Made by a program: the position numbers and the translations under genes | The notes under the pieces: generated by a model | Told to the model about the DNA's origin: nothing | Databases searched by the model: none | What the model saw: the letters and a program-made list of their open reading frames with translations, nothing else | Part shown: positions 10,401-17,849 of the stretch, in pieces | Layout: every line of letters begins with the position of its first letter | Numbering within the stretch: position 1 is the stretch's first letter | DNA from: Candidatus Poribacteria bacterium | Lineage (GTDB): Bacteria; Poribacteria; WGA-4E; JAJDTR01 | Assembly (NCBI GenBank): GCA_965222225.1 | Contig: CBDCTK010000002.1 | Coordinates: 5,312,001 to 5,376,000 of the forward strand | Reading direction: 5' to 3' | Length of the DNA: 64,000 bases

Positions 10401-11808
10401 CATGAATGCCATCCTCTCCAATCTGCTTCATATCATTGAAACTTCCGATGATGATTCCCTTTATGGCAGTTGGCTCTGTCTTGCTCTTTTCAACGGCGGA
10501 CGATGTACGGGTAAGCTTGAGGATCCGCGGATTGCCCCACAGTGCCGAATTGTTCCCGTCATCTCGACTTTCATCACACGCGGCTAGGAAGGTAACCTGA
10601 ATCTCTCTGCCGGCATGTTTCGAGACATCCATTGCGTGTTCGTTCCATTTGGGTTCGGTGGCAATTCCCTCAAAATGCCGCTCACCCGAGATTTCAATCG
10701 CGAATCGAACACCGCGTGATTTTGTCGATGGGTCGTCAGAATCAATTCCGTCCCGTAGTCCGGTACTAAAATGCAAAATTAGCGTATCTCCGGACTCTAC
10801 TTGAGGCAACGAAAGCTGATATTCGATTCGCGCAACATCCTCCTCTCGCGGCTGCTGAACTATTGCGGGCTTTGCCACGCCGCCTGCGCTATGTTGGCTA
10901 TGCGCTAAAGCCTGATCAGCGCCTTGGGCTGGACTGCTACTAGAAGCATCCGCAAAGTTGTAGATTTCGTCAATGATGCCGAATCCAAGCGGAGTTTCAA
11001 TACTGTCGGAAAAGGTCTTCTGTTCCATAGCTACGGGCTCCGACTGATCGGTTGCTGTCACCCCTGTTTCCACAGGCGATTCCGCCGCCATTGGAATGTT
11101 CGTTTCTGAAGTTTGGCTATCTATCTCTGGAACCTGGTCCGGTTGCGCGTCGGTGACATGTGAAGATGCCGCCTCATCGGCCTCAAATGACTCCGGTGCA
11201 ACGGGATTGGTCGTTTCTGACGCTTGACTGGGTATTTCGGGGGCGTCACTATCTGTTGCTACATCAGCCGGCGGCGTCTCATCGTGGTCCACCACTGCTT
11301 CATCGGTGTTTGTTGCAATATCGTCCGGAGCGTCGGCTGCCTCGTTTGCCAACTCACCGGTGATATCCGTCTCGAATTCGCTTGAAGGTAGAACGTCTTC
11401 GGCCGCCGCGTCAAGACTGTCATCTGATACATCGCGCGTCTCTAATTCAACTGAGGCTATATCTGTTGCGAAGATGCCTGCCTGTCCAACCTCAGCCGTT
11501 GCGTCTGATGCTTCTAGTTCTGTCTCGCTAGTTTCGTCGGCTACAATAGGCAATGGATTAGCGACATCAAAACGTTCCGACTGTTCATTTGCTACCTCCA
11601 AAAATCCCTCCGGTGCTTCAGCAGTCTCATTACCTAAATCTACTCTACCGTAATCGCCTGAAGTAGGATTGATTTCTTCCGCGTTTTCTGATTGGACCTG
11701 CGGTTGTTCCAATTGATTATCTTGTGCCGGTTCGTTAGTTGTGTTGTGTTGATCGTCCTCTGTTGGCTGCGTAACTAGCGATAACAACAGTTGAAAAACA
11801 GTAAGCAT
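7486..11808 (-). CDS. Large multidomain hypothetical protein (acidic disordered N-terminus, beta-sandwich domains, probable alpha/alpha-barrel C-terminus)
   Basis: 1440-aa ORF; first ~290 aa are D/E/A/T/S-rich; domain guesses come from motifs only. Confidence 0.75.
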   Translation of the reverse strand: MLTVFQLLLSLVTQPTEDDQHNTTNEPAQDNQLEQPQVQSENAEEINPTSGDYGRVDLGNETAEAPEGFLEVANEQSERFDVANPLPIVADETSETELEASDATAEVGQAGIFATDIASVELETRDVSDDSLDAAAEDVLPSSEFETDITGELANEAADAPDDIATNTDEAVVDHDETPPADVATDSDAPEIPSQASETTNPVAPESFEADEAASSHVTDAQPDQVPEIDSQTSETNIPMAAESPVETGVTATDQSEPVAMEQKTFSDSIETPLGFGIIDEIYNFADASSSSPAQGADQALAHSQHSAGGVAKPAIVQQPREEDVARIEYQLSLPQVESGDTLILHFSTGLRDGIDSDDPSTKSRGVRFAIEISGERHFEGIATEPKWNEHAMDVSKHAGREIQVTFLAACDESRDDGNNSALWGNPRILKLTRTSSAVEKSKTEPTAIKGIIIGSFNDMKQIGEDGIHVHESTDGPNGKISAMEFAYESPTPVSKIADEIGQRMVVETQRRGFSTELSSQEFSVALYTELPKLEVSSLGLNTAIVTVSEDFEVQCTLRNTGTVALSPANQTSVAINQVKLRRGRHVYPIKTLDAGDETKLVWNLRRFSRESATQISILLKYKTPMGEVRQTLETFIEIQPASPKVPSQIVPELHTYNLQEHVVIGNKHVRLLFVQGTRGFEYFTLFAAKHGSYRQVATSHAMTTIRYRNSKNETEQLRIIPTIYRLAGNSFGESTVILAGEQQDADGVNWCFEARFSLTEDDKRVRTEYCLSTSARREILAFNGPMLHAGDRSYGEGKSAALFPGLEFLGTDEPSSNTRDAAPPYNNRLVPHPYKITVPLMAVEYKKTLVGLAWDPLETWDGEHTMLSAVFASPNWHEKHQNHLMGLFLPAPGDWVEENCLEASTPYTLEANRQLTISAHIIIDGNASISDAVSHWTDTYGAPEPLESLRNHEEQLALSRDGIMREARNENTGEPQQTVDSAAANLPGIATLLWYDYLATRNDDVKQHALAIAGNTVRESRAGGPIAAVKRQSLNWELPFYFGNIEAGLERLKETTQNLIETQEDDGRWRYRPITESAKELGGDNDTVLGICAHCAFILLKHARISGNENSLNAGLKALKGMDRFKIPRGAQASDCPPKTPNLLAAANAVGAYVEAYTITDDKRHIACAEYWAKAGLAFIYHWNLPDRPAMRFASVPIFGTTFDTRAWFGVASQRSGLVFAYHLQHLARHSQRCDWTGIAEGITHSGMHQQWTEGEFRGTYPDSLHEFCTEGRPPHINPGSIMANLYTLRGQDPDISTSIIRHENGRIHLSSGAQIETSDKGSNGKLDFKLCYVHNETSHTIITGYGSIPSAVRALGQDLPCVEDLEAAESGWLYRQEKDIVFVKCKHVENEITFEVVPSPEEETSKVDTEAQEQVAEDATSSSSPHDEAAAETPESEA

Positions 11809-12044
11809 TCAAATTCTCCATTACTCACAGCCTAATCGGCATGTTACTTGACAAAGTACCTTCTCGTCCCCTGTAGCCCGATCTGGTGCAGATTGGCGTG
11901 GAGCATTATGGCTGCAATTAAGAATATCGTCAGGCATTATTATATCATAGATTGTACGGAGATTAAAAGGAAAGAAATCGAAATCTCTAGCCTTTGACCT
12001 GAAGTGGAATGCAAAAGATACATTGCTAGAAGGGTTATTGACAT

Positions 12045-12083
12045 AAAAAAGCCCCAAGACTATTCGTGTCATTGCCTTGGGGC
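12045..12083 (-). terminator. Rho-independent terminator after moeB
   Basis: GCCCCAAG...CTTGGGGC stem followed by T6 on the minus strand. Confidence 0.65.
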
Positions 12084-12118
12084 ATTTGTGATATCGCCGT
12101 TCCGTACTAAAGAAAATT

Positions 12119-12925
12119 CTACCAATGCACCTGGCAAAACTCCTCGTAGTCAATCAGCTCATGGATTGTTGGGTTTTCACCACAGACCGGACACTGAGAA
12201 TCTGCGCGCAGTTTCATTTTCTTGAAGTCCATTCCCAACGCGCTGAACAACAGCAGATGACCAATAAGTGGTTCCCCAATATCAAGTATAACCTTGATAG
12301 TTTCGATGGCTTGCGCAGTTCCCACAATTCCCGGCAAAGCGCCGAACACCCCTGTCTCCTGGCAACTCGGCGCCATCCCCGGAGGTGGCGGTGACGGATA
12401 GAGGCAGCGATAACACGGCCCCTTGCCCGGGTAGAAAATAGTGACCTGACCCTCAAATTGGAAAATACTGCCGTGGACATTCGGTTTGCCCAGCATCACA
12501 CAAGAATCGTTGATCAGATAGCGGGTTGGAAAGTTGTCACATCCGTCAACCACCACATCATATTGACCGATAATACCAAGCGCGTTCTTCGATGAGAGAC
12601 GCTCCCTGTGTTCAACCACGTTCACATCCGGATTCATCTCGACTATGGTTTCCTTGGCAGACTCGGTCTTCGGCCGACCAATGTCACTCATTCCATGGAG
12701 AATTTGACGTTGGAGGTTGCTTAAGTCGACAACATCGTGGTCCATGATGCCCAACGTTCCGATGCCGGCAGCCGCCAGATAAAGCCCCGCGGGTGAGCCA
12801 AGCCCGCCCGCGCCGATGAGAAGCACCCTCGACTCAAGCAACTTGGTTTGTCCCATCCCGCCGACTTCTTTGAGAATGATGTGCCGGCTATAGCGTTCAA
12901 TCTGTTCGTTATTGAAATTATACAT
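12119..12925 (-). CDS. moeB: MoeB/ThiF-family sulfur-carrier adenylyltransferase (no rhodanese domain)
   Basis: RYSRHIIL, GAGGLGS, SNLQRQ, DNFPTRY, CYRC, CPVC. Confidence 0.92.
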   Translation of the reverse strand: MYNFNNEQIERYSRHIILKEVGGMGQTKLLESRVLLIGAGGLGSPAGLYLAAAGIGTLGIMDHDVVDLSNLQRQILHGMSDIGRPKTESAKETIVEMNPDVNVVEHRERLSSKNALGIIGQYDVVVDGCDNFPTRYLINDSCVMLGKPNVHGSIFQFEGQVTIFYPGKGPCYRCLYPSPPPPGMAPSCQETGVFGALPGIVGTAQAIETIKVILDIGEPLIGHLLLFSALGMDFKKMKLRADSQCPVCGENPTIHELIDYEEFCQVHW

Positions 12926-12956
12926 CTGACGCTCTCCCCGTTCGATTGAATTGACT

Positions 12957-13538
12957 CTAATGATTTTCCAAGTTTGTCAGCAACTCCGAAATCTCACTGT
13001 TTGAACTCGCGGAAATGTGAATTGCAAATCGTTTACGCACATCTTCAGATGGGCAATCAAGCGTAAAATTGGCATCTCCGTACATCTGTTCAAGTACAGG
13101 AGCCAATTCTAACTTGATTGCTTCAAACATCTCTGGCGTGTTGGGGGCGATATGCCGGCTGTTAATCATGAACAGGATTTCTCCGCTGGTAAAACGTACT
13201 TCGTTCTCCAGTTCTTCGGCGTTCTCCAATCGTTGACACCTGGTAAGCGTTTCGACGAACGCTCGGCGAATCTTCTCGCGATTCTCACCTTCAATCTTGT
13301 GCTTCCGGTTGTAGAGAAAGCCGTGCCGATTCATCGCGTTATCAATGCTATAGTTGGCACTTTTAGAAATCAGCAACACGCCGGGACCGGAAGAAGTGTG
13401 AGAATAGTCGGCGTAGTTCAGGTAGTCACCCTGATCCGCTTCCTCCATCCATCGGTTGAAGACCTTAATGAAATTCTGATAATTGATATGACTGTCCGCC
13501 GTGGCGAAAACCTTGATGTTGATCTGTTGTAAGTCCAT
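12957..13538 (-). CDS. Conserved hypothetical protein
   Basis: Likely start MDLQQINIK at 13538; ADYSH..GPGVLLI motif; lies directly upstream of moeB. Confidence 0.7.
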   Translation of the reverse strand: MDLQQINIKVFATADSHINYQNFIKVFNRWMEEADQGDYLNYADYSHTSSGPGVLLISKSANYSIDNAMNRHGFLYNRKHKIEGENREKIRRAFVETLTRCQRLENAEELENEVRFTSGEILFMINSRHIAPNTPEMFEAIKLELAPVLEQMYGDANFTLDCPSEDVRKRFAIHISASSNSEISELLTNLENH

Positions 13539-13776
13539 ACGAATTATAACCGTAAATTCCCTTTTCTGTAAATAATTCTGACCCGCGTTTGGCATGTGAT
13601 GAGACAAACAAACCCACCGAGTCAAGATTGCGGTCAAAGATATGGCCAGTGAAGCCAAGTAGTGCTTGCTTTCATCCTCGTGACCAATTGACAGCCTCTG
13701 GCACTTTCTGGATCGTCCTTCCCCACAATTCCGTTCGCCGATAAACCGAAGGTTCTTAAATTGCAAAGTTGGCGGG

Positions 13777-14013
13777 TTAGACAGTGCTCAACAATTCATC
13801 GACATTCCTGCCGATAGTCGAGGGAGGGAGCGCTTTGTTTTCGTGATGAGCTATTGCCAGCCACTCATCAACAATTTCGCATAGCTCCCGATAAACTTCC
13901 ACTTCATCATTGCCGTGACAATACGGCCCGATAATCCCAGGACAGCATCCGATAAAACACTGGTCTTCTTCAGACCATTCAACAATCTTGATGTACCTCG
14001 CGCTGCTAGTCAT
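13777..14013 (-). CDS. HicB-like antitoxin (solo)
   Basis: YIKIVEWSEEDQCFIG..PG....HG...E.....W......LP is the HicB RNase H-like pattern. Confidence 0.75.
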   Translation of the reverse strand: MTSSARYIKIVEWSEEDQCFIGCCPGIIGPYCHGNDEVEVYRELCEIVDEWLAIAHHENKALPPSTIGRNVDELLSTV

Positions 14014-14111
14014 CTTGATGTCTTTTGAAGGCCCCAAATGTAGATGTCCGGGTTTGTCGAAAGGCACAACTCCGTTGCCACCCTGATATAATTCAGACTC
14101 AGAGTGCCGCG

Positions 14112-14366
14112 TCACCTGTTCTTGTCTTCGCTAAAGCCGTCTATTATCCAGTATATAATCTTCGCTATCGCTCTTGGAATAAGAAAGAAGACGATGCTGC
14201 TTGTTACTCCAATGAGAATGCAGAATACAGTCTCCATATCTGACAAATCACCTAGGTTGCCGATTAACGCACCAGACATCCAGAAAACCGGAAACACGGC
14301 TAAGGCGACTGAGCAAGTTAACACGATTCTTCTAACACCGTCAGATCGAGGTTGCTTGGTATTCAT
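14112..14366 (-). CDS. Small two-TM membrane protein
   Basis: AGGAGG SD before MNTKQ; paralogous to the N-terminus of 14506-15348. Confidence 0.65.
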   Translation of the reverse strand: MNTKQPRSDGVRRIVLTCSVALAVFPVFWMSGALIGNLGDLSDMETVFCILIGVTSSIVFFLIPRAIAKIIYWIIDGFSEDKNR

Positions 14367-14505
14367 AGTAAACCTCCTAAGCGTCAGCAAAAAACTGCCT
14401 CTTGCGAGAGCAAGAGAGAACAGATCTGGAGTGCCCAAAAAGTCCATGTTGGGTTAAGACAAGGTGACACAAATATTGACCTTCTCCCAATCTCAAGTTT
14501 TCAGT

Positions 14506-15348
14506 TCAATCTTTTACAGGGGTTTCAACTTTCAGCTTGACGCCAAGTTCGGATGCAATCGTCTCAAGAAGTCGTTTCTTTTCCGCTGTGGTAGTGTTAT
14601 GGATCATTATGTAATACCGACCAGACTTGCGTTGCTTCTCGTGCGACTGAGAAGTTGATATGAGAGAAAAACGCCCCACATTATTTCCAAGGTTCCTCAC
14701 TCGCTCGATCCCCAGCTTCTCTATTGTTTCAACGAAGGTATCTGATGCGGCTCGACGGTCAATCCGTTCTCCATCTTCCATAGTGACGACAAGGCGAGTC
14801 GGTAGTTTTCTACCCGTAGACGTTGCTGTCGGCTCGCTCACTGGCTGGCTTGTCGGAGCGGACGCTTCCTTCGGTTGATTCGGTTGAAACTCAGATCTCT
14901 GCAAGCTTTTCAGGAATTCCAATACTTGTGCCCGAGTTGGTTTGTGACCCTGCAAACTCTTTGCCTTCTCCGCTACTAGGTTGAGCAGTAGGTCATCCGC
15001 ATCCTGCACCAATTTACTCCATGCCTCTGGTAATCCTGTTTCAATCTGGCTCTGACTGGGCACGGATTGAAAATCGTCTTTGGCTACCCGCATTGCCTGC
15101 ATTTCTCGAATCGCTTCACTCGTCGGCGAACCGCCTTTCATCCAAAATACAACTTTGGCTAAAACTCTCGGCATAAGATAAGGAATAACCGCGAGGACGA
15201 CGACACAACCTACCGAGAAGGCGTCAAGTGCCTCGGGTCTTTTACTCAAGTTCCACCCGGCGATGGCTAACCAACAGAGGACTAGCAACACTGAGCAGGT
15301 AGAAACAAACCGACTAACACCTTGAGATTGACGTTGGCTGGTTCTCAA
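14506..15348 (-). CDS. Membrane-anchored hypothetical protein
   Basis: Two N-terminal TM helices, then a soluble region (LPEAWSKLV...LLLNLVAEK...GHKP). Confidence 0.7.
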   Translation of the reverse strand: MRTSQRQSQGVSRFVSTCSVLLVLCWLAIAGWNLSKRPEALDAFSVGCVVVLAVIPYLMPRVLAKVVFWMKGGSPTSEAIREMQAMRVAKDDFQSVPSQSQIETGLPEAWSKLVQDADDLLLNLVAEKAKSLQGHKPTRAQVLEFLKSLQRSEFQPNQPKEASAPTSQPVSEPTATSTGRKLPTRLVVTMEDGERIDRRAASDTFVETIEKLGIERVRNLGNNVGRFSLISTSQSHEKQRKSGRYYIMIHNTTTAEKKRLLETIASELGVKLKVETPVKD

Positions 15349-15477
15349 TGTGACATCTCCTGATCATGAGAAATTCTGCCATGAAAGACAGCGCCGAAAT
15401 GAGCTGGATATATGAATTGTCACAAACGATTAATCAGACCTCGCTCAATCAATACGTACTCCCGCACAGTCTCGGGA

Positions 15478-15717
15478 TCAGTCACTCTCTTTTTCTGTCG
15501 TTGGCAACGAAGTGATAATAGCCCGCAGCACATGATTGACGGCTTCGGTGGTTTTGAATACAGCGGCGACATCCGCATCAAGGCAGACCATCAACTGGTC
15601 TTGTCTAAGCTTACCCGCGAAGCGGTTAGGTTTTGCTTTATTATAGTCGAACGAATACTCATCCTGCATCTCATCTGAGGTGCTATTGACCCGATTAACC
15701 GATTTGATGTTCTTCAT
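15478..15717 (-). CDS. BrnA-like antitoxin
   Basis: DEMQDEYSFDY.KAKPNRFA...LDADVA..F.T.EAVN.VLR; overlaps the end of the toxin. Confidence 0.75.
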   Translation of the reverse strand: MKNIKSVNRVNSTSDEMQDEYSFDYNKAKPNRFAGKLRQDQLMVCLDADVAAVFKTTEAVNHVLRAIITSLPTTEKESD

Positions 15718-15982
15718 AATCTTGACGTTCTCTCCTTGTTGCTTTTCGTGCACTAATAATTCGGATAACATTATCACGCTCGGTGAAGCATACCAAGAGT
15801 AAACGGTTCATGTCAGAGTGACCAATAATAATTTCCCTAGATTCCTCATCCGAGTGCTTTGCATCACCAAAAATCGCGGCAATTGGGCCACAGAATACGG
15901 TGGCAGCTTCTTCAAAACTCACACCGTGCTTTGCTGTGTTACCATTAGCTTTATCAACATTCCATTCAAAGCACCAAGTCAT
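15695..15982 (-). CDS. brnT: BrnT-family ribonuclease toxin
   Basis: FEW...KA..N..KHGVSFEEA.TVF...IRIISARKATRRER. Confidence 0.9.
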   Translation of the reverse strand: MTWCFEWNVDKANGNTAKHGVSFEEAATVFCGPIAAIFGDAKHSDEESREIIIGHSDMNRLLLVCFTERDNVIRIISARKATRRERQDYEEHQIG

Positions 15983-16172
15983 AAGATTAGTATCTAGTCG
16001 TCAATTAGTCGGAACTGATTTCTCAATCAATAAATACTCGCAATCCACTGATGATGTTACATGGAGGCTAACGTTCGACTCAACCGGAACCTATATTCAA
16101 GGTTGAAAACGTAATCTTGAGCCCATGTTGCTCTTGGGATTTACGCCTTCGTGATAGTTAGACATCCAGAAA

Positions 16173-17381
16173 TCAATCAGTTGGAAATTCTTCGATTTTA
16201 TCAATGGTGTAACTTGAGGGCGGAGACCAGATTCGACGTGCATCCTCAAGGTCTGTTTCTGTATAGTTTTCTTTAATCTCGTCTGCTCCAATTACGATTG
16301 CGCTCGACAATCCCAGTAAGCGCGACGGAAAAGTAATTGACACTTGGAATCCGAAGCCGTAAACTCCAAAGTCAAACAAGTTCCAATGAACTTCACTAAT
16401 CAGTTTTAGCCTGACGAACCTTTCTAAATTATCCTGTATTTGTCTTGGGCTCAACTTTGCAAAATAAAAAACCAACCAATTGCTCGTAGACGGATTACAA
16501 ATTGCGAACCGCCGGAATGGTTTGCCACGTATAAAGGACTCCTGGACCTTTTCAATTTTTTCACCCAAATAAGCTCTTTCTCTCCGCGTCATTGAACCAA
16601 GTTCCCACGCGAAATACAACCCCAAAGGGCATTCATCGTGTGGCTTCCTTTGGTCAGTGAAGACATTCTCAAGTTTATCTAGCCACTGAGAATATTGATT
16701 GTGAGCATTGCGTGCTGCAATTTGTTCAACCATGGAGACTCTGTATGTTTCCAGAAAGGATTGGGAATCAAAATCGATCGGCGAGTTTGAGAATCGATTA
16801 GATTGGCTTTTGTAATATCCTAAGGTCTCAAGTTCCTTATTAAGCGGAATGTCAGAGACCTTTAGGTATTCAAACCGATCCTTCAAGTAGTAGCAAAAAT
16901 CAGGAACGGTGTCTATCTCTTCTGTCATTTCAAATAGGGCATTGCCGGAGAAAACATGTATGGGTATTTCCTGATTGTAGATTTCCTTAGTCGTTTGTGA
17001 CGGTAGAAGGGCAATATCCCCATCATGAATCAAAACTATTATTCCAACCACCTCCGAAACGCCTTCGCAGTCAAGTTGGGTATGATAGTATGAATTGTGC
17101 AGGAATATTTGTTCCCTTGCTTTGATTCGCCCGTAATTTTTCTTGATTTGTACTAAGGCTTCTCGAATCCGTGATTCTGCCCAAGATTCAACCGGAACTT
17201 TGCTTCGATCTCGAGTTTTGACTTCAATTAGGAACACCGTCCTATTCATCCAGACGAGCACATCTGCAACTTCAGCGTTTGACTTTGTCTTGGGATTGGG
17301 AAAGGAAAAAACCTTTGAGAAATGCTTATCAAAGAATTTTGCGACAAGCTTTTCGCCAACTGTTCCGTTATTATCGTCCAT
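16173..17381 (-). CDS. Hypothetical protein with N-terminal NERD / PD-(D/E)XK nuclease-like domain
   Basis: GE...EVADVLV...VFLIEVK motif; visibly more AT-rich than flanking genes. Confidence 0.65.
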   Translation of the reverse strand: MDDNNGTVGEKLVAKFFDKHFSKVFSFPNPKTKSNAEVADVLVWMNRTVFLIEVKTRDRSKVPVESWAESRIREALVQIKKNYGRIKAREQIFLHNSYYHTQLDCEGVSEVVGIIVLIHDGDIALLPSQTTKEIYNQEIPIHVFSGNALFEMTEEIDTVPDFCYYLKDRFEYLKVSDIPLNKELETLGYYKSQSNRFSNSPIDFDSQSFLETYRVSMVEQIAARNAHNQYSQWLDKLENVFTDQRKPHDECPLGLYFAWELGSMTRRERAYLGEKIEKVQESFIRGKPFRRFAICNPSTSNWLVFYFAKLSPRQIQDNLERFVRLKLISEVHWNLFDFGVYGFGFQVSITFPSRLLGLSSAIVIGADEIKENYTETDLEDARRIWSPPSSYTIDKIEEFPTD

Positions 17382-17429
17382 AGTATGAATCTTCGAGAAA
17401 CCGGATTCTCAGGGATAAATCATTCTATT

Positions 17430-17558
17430 TTAATTTTTTCTAACAATAAACGCCGACGACTGGTTAGGATCCCTGTACCCATCTAGTTGAGTCGGAGCAA
17501 ATTTATCACGGAGACGCTTGAGGTCCCTTGCGAAACTGCTTCTGAACTCAACTTTCAA
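17430..17558 (-). pseudogene. Truncated RelE/ParE-family toxin
   Basis: TTG start overlaps the upstream stop; MKVEFRSSFARDLKRLRDK then unrelated sequence; stop at 42 aa. Confidence 0.6.
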
Positions 17559-17764
17559 GATTTACTTTCTAAGATTTGGAAGACTTGATTTATGTCTACA
17601 ATCTCAGTGTTTTCCTCTTCTTTGATTGAGTTCACCAGAGCGATGTCTTCAAGAACCTCGGAAAAAACATCATACAGCAAGGCTCTTTGCTCCTGTAATA
17701 ATTCAGCGAATGCTTGTTTAATCACTTCCTTGAGTTGATTCTCGTCATCAATTACTTGTTGCAT
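17555..17764 (-). CDS. Putative antitoxin partner of the RelE fragment
   Basis: 69-aa acidic helical protein translationally coupled to the RelE-like fragment. Confidence 0.55.
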   Translation of the reverse strand: MQQVIDDENQLKEVIKQAFAELLQEQRALLYDVFSEVLEDIALVNSIKEEENTEIVDINQVFQILESKS

Positions 17765-17783
17765 CGCACACTCATGATTTTCC

Positions 17784-17829
17784 AAAAAATAAAGCGTGAC
17801 GAACCCAGCTTCAGTCCACCACGCTTTAT
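17784..17829 (-). terminator. Rho-independent terminator after sulfite reductase
   Basis: ATAAAGCGTG...CACGCTTTAT stem followed by a T-run on the minus strand. Confidence 0.6.
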
Positions 17830-17849
17830 CTTGACGACACCTGACTCTA

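Noticed and set aside
13777-17764. Integron cassette array (TA-rich run of small genes)
   Set aside because: No integrase and no recognisable RYYYAAC..GTTRRRY attC sites between the genes.
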